Shown: in pieces, positions 51,201 to 60,200 of the stretch | Layout of the letters: the number at the start of each line of letters is the position of its first letter | Position numbering within the stretch: the stretch's first letter is position 1 | Assembly: GCA_964658305.1 (NCBI GenBank) | Contig: OZ210885.1 | Span: forward strand, 9,982,001 to 10,046,000 | Direction of reading: 5' to 3' | Source: Leptogorgia sarmentosa | Taxonomy: Eukaryota | DNA length: 64,000 bases | Translations under genes and position numbers: made by a program | The notes under the pieces: model-generated | Seen by the model: only the letters and a program-made list of their open reading frames with translations | Databases searched by the model: none | What the model was told of the DNA's origin: nothing

Positions 51201-54200
51201 TACGTATTTTCCGCCGATGACGTCATCAGCGTCCAATAATTATTTTTTTGGATCGAACTTGGATCAAAAAAAAATATTATTAGACTCTATCGTGCCCAAG
51301 CCCTAGCGCTGTCAAAAGCTTGAAGCTAAAAGCCCGCGAAAAAACAAACAAACAATGGCCTGCAGAAGATTTGCTTGGCTGAATGAAAGTGAACTCTCTT
51401 TTAAATGTATAATAAAACAATTATTCGATTCGGCTTTCGCATGATATCAAGAATTATTCATACCTCGGTCAATGTTATCCGCCTCAGCTTCGCTGAGGTG
51501 GATAACATTGACCGAGGTCTGAATAATTCTTGATATCATGCTCAGCCTCATCCAATGATTGTTTATTATATAACAAAATTACGATATTATTTCTTTGAAG
51601 AGTTTTGATTGGTTAAGAGCTGTGTATGAAATGGTTATATCCGTTCGCCAAAAAACGTATATGACATTTGGACGTAATTTTTTCGTATATTGAAAACTCA
51701 CATACGACATTATTTTCAAAAATCTCGTCTATAATGGAATTGTCTATAATATTATTGAATTCAGCTCTCGTAGGACATGCGGAATTATTAGCTCTTTGCG
51801 TCTGCAGTAACACAAATCTCTGCTTCAATAATTGAACATTAATAGTAGATGAATTTTCAAAACCTTTCATTTGTAAACGTCGTCGCGATTCAGTGATTTT
51901 CACATAATGGGGCCATAGGAAAACTCAGAATCGAGTAGATCTCGTGCGAATATCAGAGTTGGCATTTGAAAAATTCCTAATGTACGTTAGACATACATAA
52001 ATGGTGTCAGCCCGTTTATTATCTTATAAGCCAACGAGGAATCTCAAACCGTCGAGTCGCTCTTTTCTGCAATCCATAATACCCTTTGAAGTATATTTCT
52101 ACCGCACGATTGCTTCACGGAACTGAATTACATCATTACTTGTTCTATTATCGCACAACATGAAACTTCGGTCAAGCTTCGTTGATAGTTTATGCTTGTA
52201 GAAAGCAAAGTTAAGGTGAAGTGATTAGTGCACTCGTTGCCAGACTTGGGCAGATGTTTTCCTTTACCCGAAGATGAGTACAGTATGGAATTCCCATGAT
52301 TACGCTGGGTTTGTTTTTTTATTTTCAGTCTGTAACCAAATAATACAGGTTCTGGTTGCGCGTGACGCAATGTACGACAAGACAAGGGAAGGTAAGACAA
52401 CGCAAGAAGTGTGCACGTAAGGGAAAATTACGGGGCAAGAAAGGCCAAGAAAGAATATTCCATAGCAAGCTGAGGCATACAATCCTGGACAAAAGTTGTT
52501 GTAAATCCAACTCTTTCCTCCAGAATTCAATGTTGCCACGTGAAATCGCAACAAAACATTGCAGGGCTTTAGCAAACACGACGCGAAGTCAGCGGGAACG
52601 TGACAATGGCGTGGCATGAGAGATTTTTTACTTCCGGTTGAGTCTAGGACGCCGCACATGGTCCGTTGAGAACGGCATCTGGGCTGTTTTCACCTCCTCT
52701 CCAGAACGTGACATATGAATGCTTGTGTTCAAACATATTTTCCTTGCTAGTTCTGAATTTTATTTTGATTGACAAGCGTACGTCTAAAAAACTCAACGGG
52801 TTTTAGCTGCGTTAATTCTTAGCAAACATTTTAATCGCCATAACTAGAAATACATATATGCAGCAACCCCTCGCCTTACTAACCAAATAATGCAACTATA
52901 TTTTTGGAACATGAAGTACTTTAAAGCCGCCTGAGGTTGTTGTCATGGCAACACGATCGGAATTCATATTTCTGTAATTTTTTTAAAACTGTCAGAATAT
53001 CAGCTTTTATCTTTGTTTTATTGGCATTTTTTTTAATTTGGTGAACTATTTGCTATCCGTACGTTATTAGGACTAATATAAACTTGAATTTACTGCGAAA
53101 TACTGCATTTATTTGCATGAAACTTTTTATTTAAATATTCAAGTCAGTCTTTGATATACGAGTTTCCGGCCAATGTTCGCTCGTTTTAGGGTAAAATTTG
53201 TAAATATTTTGTGAAGCCTTGCATTTAAAAACATAAACTTATACTCTGGAATCGAACCGTTAATAGATTAAATGCGGCTACGGCCGGCGACCTTTCATAC
53301 AAATAGTAAATATACGCAAAACAAAAGTTCACTGCCGACAATATATTGACGAACTTGTCGGTTCTGTGTGTCAATTCATGGTCGTTTCTTCCCCTTTCTC
53401 AGCGTTTTGTATCTTCTGAGAAGGCTTTTTAAGTCATACAGCGTAGATATTGTCTTTGTTTTCGCCTTTCCAAAAGCTTTAAGCCTTTAAAAGCTTTTTA
53501 AAAGCTTTAAAAAGCTTCGGCTCTTCAAGATAGTCCGCCATATTTTTGAGATTAGTGGTACCACCCTTCGACGATGACCCAAAATGGCGGCCTAATCGAG
53601 CAACTTTGGACTCCGCTATGCTGAATTATGACCCTCGCCCCGGGCTAACGCCCGGACGGCGCTTCGCGCCGTGGCTCGGGGATAAAATGACCAAATTGTA
53701 TACGTCGTTAATCGGTTCAATGTTAGTCGTTTTTTACCAAATGCCACATTTTAGAATACAAAAGTTGGACGAAAACAACCTGACGTTAAAATGAACAAGT
53801 AAAAATAGAAATAAGTTGAATCTGCACCACTTGAACAGAAGAAAACAGATTTCAATCATTTTATTTGCATTAAAAAACTGTCAATTGATATATATTCAAA
53901 CACACGACGGAAAATTGAACCTAAATATGGATATTGATATCGAACAGTTTTATTAAACGGAATGAAGTATTTAACTCGTAAAAATTACTTGCAGATTTGC
54001 GATTTCAAAACCGCGAAAAGACCAATAAAACTGTCTTTTCCAAAGAAACTCGTTAAGTGTTACTCAAAAATCTTCACAAAAATCTTCTTGCTCGCTTTTT
54101 GCCTAGTTTATTACAAATTTAAAAAGACATAAACTACGCTTGATCCCAACCCAGATCCCGAAAACCCGAAAAAGAAAAGTCGGGAAAATATTGGGAAAAA

Positions 54201-57200
54201 AGTTTTAACTTGAAATCACTATACCACGAATATGCGTCGAATCGGGGCCTGAACTACAGGGTGTCTCAAAAAAAAGGTAATCGAACTTTAGCATGCCATT
54301 GTGCGTTAATTACTGGGTGTACGAACGTGATTTTTGCATGGTCATAAAGATCAAGGTCTTAGCAGTTGAATGACATATTTCTTGTACGATATGGAAGAAA
54401 ATCAGGCAAATGCGAGCGTGTTGAAAAATCTTGGTGAAAAACGCATTCTTTCACCTCTGTGCCTAATTAAAGCAGTGCATAACAAAAGAAAAATGCAATT
54501 CATCATGAATGTGTCATGGTAACAAAGATTTTATCAGGATTATTAATAATTATGCATAATCAGGTCGATTGTTGAAGGGAAGGTCGTCATCTTCGAGTCC
54601 CAGAGGGAGCGAATTTTGAATAAGTTTAGCTGCAATTCTCAGAGGTGAAAGAATGCGTTTTACACCGAGATTTTTCAACACGCTCGCATTTGCTTGATTT
54701 TCTTCCATATCGTACAAGAAATATGTCATTCAACTGCTAAGACCTTGATCTTTATGACCATGCAAAAATCACGTTCGTACACCCAGTAATTAACGCACAA
54801 TGGCATGCCAAATTTGGATTACCTTTTTTTTGAGACACCCTGTATAAAACTGCGACAGACACATCGCGCGCCTAACCGTCTGAGCAAATTTTGAGCTCGC
54901 TGAAATTCTTCCAAAACAAAACTATTTGTAGTGGAAATGTATTATGTAACATTCAAATGTGAGCAGGGAAGGTAATGACCGTTTTAGAAGCCAACGACCG
55001 TTTACGAAAAGGAAATAAGCAGCGGCGTACAACAACATTGATTTTGGGGGGTGGGGAGTTACAACACTTTTGTTCAAGATTGAATCTTGGACAAACGTTG
55101 TTGTAAACCAACGTCCCCCCCCCAATTCAATGTTGCTACATGAAATCTCCTACCTTGATTTTGGGGCAGTTACATTTTTTTTCCCACGTCTGCGTAGCAT
55201 GGGGGAAAGAATGGAATGGTAATGAGAAGGCAAAAGTAAACTAAACTATAGGAAAACTGGATAAAATAAAGTTCATTATTTTATTACCTAGCAGTTGTGG
55301 ACAGATTGAATCAGCATTCTTCTCGATAACGTGGGAAGAAAACATTAACGATGATTTGAGGAGTTGGGTTTCCTGTGACAATGTGCCCAAAAAACGAAAA
55401 TCTGATACTACGGAGGGTAGGTCAATGTGTTTCACTTTTTGTTGAAGCCAGTTTAAATCGAAGAACAGTTGAAGTAGTTCACCGTGTTGTTCTGAGGAGG
55501 AGATGTGATAGGGAAGGAACTTGAAGTAATAGTCTTTTTGCGCGGTAGTTGAATTATCATTCCATTTACCGTTCACGCATTGGCCACGAAGTGTTTCCAC
55601 AAACAAACGCTGAACACCAGTTAGTGAGCCCGTCACTTTAAGTTTTCTCCGGGCAAAATCCAGCAGTAAATCATGCACACGGTAGCTTGTCTTCTTATGA
55701 AGTTGAGGTCCTAAAAAAAGATTATTGGGACGTCAAGCATCAATCAGTTACTGACATTGGTGCATCGACAAGCGATATCCAACGGACAGTAGGTTTTCGT
55801 TTTTCTAAAACTGACCAATAAATAGTAATACAAAGACAAAAACTGTTTTGCAACTTTACTTTTGACTTAAAGGACAGTCATTCAATGCCCGACTTGCGGT
55901 TTGGAGTAATTTTAATGCGAGGATTTACTAAAACATGGCTTTCACATAACTTCCTTAATTTAAAACTCGCTTGTGTACCTTTTTGAATCATGGATTTTCT
56001 TTCAAGAGCATCAAGTATACGTCTTGTTTTCCTAGGTTCACACGATGTTCTACCGGCTCCTTCCGCGGACCAAAACAGCTCCAGTACATCTGAAGGTATA
56101 TTTGTATCTTCTGGAAATATACCAAAATCTAGGAACTTTTCTTGTTCCGATTGTTCTAAGCGTTCAAAGCTAATATTAATGGCTGTAACGATGTTATCAT
56201 AAGGATAATCGTCGGTGGCAACCATTAAATGAAGTTCTTCCAAATCAGTAGTAAATCCATCTAAAATATCTTGCCAAGCCTGTTCCGACCGATTGCCGTT
56301 TAAATTTGAGCCAACAAGTGAGAGGGCCAGCGGCAGGCCTTTGCACTGTTTTAATAGTTCTTCAATAATTTGCTGCATTTTTGGACTAAAGCTAGGCAGT
56401 TCATCTTGCTTAATCCCAGCACATTGAAAAAAGAGCTCTCTAGATTTATCCTGTTCCATTATATCGAGTTCGTAGACAAAACCTCTTGAAACTCGGACAA
56501 CATTGACATCTCTAGTTGTTATCAATAACTGACATTTTTCAGACAAGGTATCAAACACAGCAACGTGGTTAACATTCCAAACATCATCAAGAACTACAAG
56601 ACATTCTTTATCGCTCTGCAATAGATAGAAAATATTACATGTAAGATACTCTATGGTCTTTTTGCTGAGTGTCTTCACAGTAGACAGCCTGGAAATGACT
56701 TCACCGCAGTGCGACTATACCTTTCAGCTTATTAAAACTTTAGAAAGTGTTTAAGGAACGCGCCACGTACATTATTAACTCCTATGCAAATCCGATTAAA
56801 GATATATTAAATAGTGCTTTTATTTCAAGGGTTACACAGCGGAGCCAAGAACCTCGAACAGCCAAGCGAAACAAGGATTGAATACAGGGTGTGTCAAAAA
56901 AGTTTAGTGTAGGAAATATTCCCTCAACTAACGTGCGTTAACGAAATCTGTGAAAACGTTGAGTTAACCTATGCAGATTAACACCCTCTGGTACATCTCG
57001 CACTGAGTTTATTTAAAATATTTAACTTTCTTTTTTAGAGTAGGAAATGTGTTGCTGCAGGGCATTTTAAAAATAACTTGGGCACAAAAACTAAGTTCTT
57101 TTCGACTCAAAATATGGAGCATGTTGTACAAGTTATTAAAGTGTTGTGGAATTTGCTGCCCGCAGTGTTGTCACTGCGAGAACTGGATTTTGCGTTGCTT

Positions 57201-60200
57201 CCTGCGTGATTACCCATTAATTTAATGCATAATTGGATATTCCATTAATTTTCAATGCGAATTCCAAGGCCTTAACTACGCGAATAAATTGCGTTAAATC
57301 CAGATTTCGGACATCGCTCGTTCGCCTCAGCGAGTGCGTAAGTTACAAACCTCAACGAATGTGCATAAGTTACAAACCCATGGACGACCCAGCGGCCTCC
57401 AACACAAGTTACGGGTAAAGTAATACCATATTATTCAAACAATTATACATGCACCTTTTAATAATAATCTAAATAATATGGTAATGCTTTAACCTTAAGC
57501 CCATTTTCCACTCCATTATTTCGCGACAGAAATTGACAAGAATATGATGTTTTATATTCATTCGCCACTGAAGAAAATTGTTCCACTTCTGTAGTTGTTG
57601 AAAATGTTCACTGTTGGCGCGAAAGAACGAAGAATTAGATTTGTCGGTGGCAAAATTATTCGCGAGCGGCGGCCAAGTACGTGAGTGGAAAACGGGCTTT
57701 ACGCGAGCTTGTCCGGGAAGAATAAAAATAAGGCTTGTTTGAAATTGATTTCGAACTCAAAAAATTCGAATGCATACATACTGTCTTCTTTTTAATCCAG
57801 TCTTGTGCTTCACGGATAACACTGAAAGGTTTTGCTCCACCAAGAACTTTTACTAAGATGTTAATCAGTGCTAAACAGTCAGGAGTTTCCCCAACATCAA
57901 GCCATATCACTTGACGTGAAACTGAAACTTCCCATGCGACAGCCAGAGCTAAGATGGTCTTACCCAGACCCCCCATACCACGGATACCAACGACGTCACC
58001 GCTGCGACTTCCCACCACACCAACTTTACTATTTCCCTCCGTAAGTAACTTCAATATCTCGTTCACTTCTGATGGTCTTCTCACCATGTCACGAGGTAGA
58101 CTGCGTAAACCATACCAGCCTAAGGTAGGAAATAAACGAGTTATGCTGGATGAGTACAACTGAACCTAAAAAATTTATAGTAAATGCATAGAGATTATTC
58201 ATTCAAAAGATATCTCTTTACAAGTTTTTACCAGAACTGCAAAACAAAACGTTGTCATGTATTTAACAACGATTTTGGTAAAATATATCTTTCATGGTGA
58301 TTAGTACAAGAAGTGTCCTAACTTTGGTTTTTCATTTCATGAACATGACTCATTCTAATACCTCAATGATGGAAATTAACCTCAAATACCTTTGATGGAT
58401 GGAAATTGCTGAAAACATAAGGGTACACTAGAACACAACGCATAGTACAATTGCGCTCTCTCTGTTCCATCAGTTCTCATAATTTGTATATTTAAACTCT
58501 GAATTCGAGATCACATGACAATAAAAATAAACGAATTCGGTATTTTGACATAAATGGAAAAATGAAACTTAAATATCTGACATTGTCATTTAAGCACTCC
58601 CGTTGCAGTTGAGCTGGGTTGGCTCTTCACCGGCTTTTTTATTTGGTTGACCACTATACCGCGCAGTTCTTTTTTTCGCCTGACCGGAGAGGGAGAGTGT
58701 GTTTCAAAATTATTCGGAGAAACATCGGATTCGCATGAAATTTGCAATGTTTTCATATCGTATTTCTTTTGCCATTTACTCAATCCAGCATATAATTGGC
58801 GACAAAGGAGAAACTGGACGTTCGAATCCAGAATTGGAACCAAAATTTTTAATGAATTTCCTGACAGATCCAGATACTCAAAAGGTTAATTTTGCTGCAT
58901 AACATGTTTTGCATAAATACAGTTTAACTAAATTAAATTTTATAGTCATAAAAACAATACCTGGTTTCTCTGCATAATCTGAATGCTCTGTTCTAAGCAT
59001 TTTATCAATTTTCTCCGCCTGACGTTTAAGTTTTTCTGAGTTTTCAGCTGCACATCTTGCAACGTCTTCAATTTTGCACAACAGTCTTGACTTTATATTG
59101 TCAAGTTCTTCCACCACTTCATGCATCTGGGAAGAGAAAAGTGACATGTTACATAAATAAGTGATAAATCTTTACAATATGAAGTACACAGCTGTAGTGT
59201 TTAATAGGGATTTCGGGCACTGATAAAACTAGTGAAAGTATTTATAATTTCCAGCGTGAAAATTACAGTTTTTAATCTAATGTCATTAGTATGTAAGCAT
59301 GCATTCTTCAGTGGCGTATACCCAGAATGATAATTGGGTGCCCCATATTAATATATTCATGTTCTGCGCTATTAATTTCTTTTAAAATCAATTGTCTTAA
59401 TGTGAACACGGGAATATGAATATGGGTACCTCCCAATTATCGCTATTGCTACGCCACTTGCATTTTTAAAGTTTTTTTCCTCTGTTGTCAATTAGCCTTT
59501 TTGATCTGCTTTTTTGATCTTTTGACAGATCTGCTTCAAGATCTGTCAAAAACTATGAAATGCATGTACCTCACAGTGAGGACGACATATTGAATGCTTG
59601 GTCGACATAGAAGTAAAGTAGAACACCAGCTAGAATTAGGTATTGTAATTTAAATGCAGCGAGCAGAAGTGGAATCCCAATTGGCTGCATCTTTCGCAGT
59701 CGTCTCTTGGTTAGTTGAGTGGTCGTCATGCCATCAATCGCACTAAACGGTCTACGCACTTACGGTCTTCAGGCGTACTCGATCAAAAGTAAACCGCTGC
59801 GTGGTTTATAGGCGTATTCGGTCAAAACTAAAACGCTTTCTGGGCGTTATTGATCATAACTAAAGGGCTTTCTACACGAAATTCTGTCGACTACGTAGGT
59901 ATATAGGCAAAACAAAACGACTGCTTGGTTATGCATTGATGGAGGTCACTATGGGCTTTCCCGTATCGTGAATTTAAAAGCGTCTTGTTTCACATTTAAA
60001 CTACAATTCCAGCTATTTTTTCAATTTTGTTTATTTTAGCTGTTTAGTACATTTCAAGACGAAAGAGAATATATTTTTAAGAGTAAGCATTCGATTCGTG
60101 GTCTTCTGCGGTGTTTAATGGTGCCTGAGTTGAGGATCACTTAAAAACACTCAAAAGTATTTTGAGCGTGTTATCACTGAACATTGTTACGTAATTACGT

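Noticed and set aside
59571..59759. Short hydrophobic minus-strand ORF in the first intron
   Set aside because: No recognisable motif, splice phases do not fit the gene, and it is adjacent to a ~40-bp tandem repeat.
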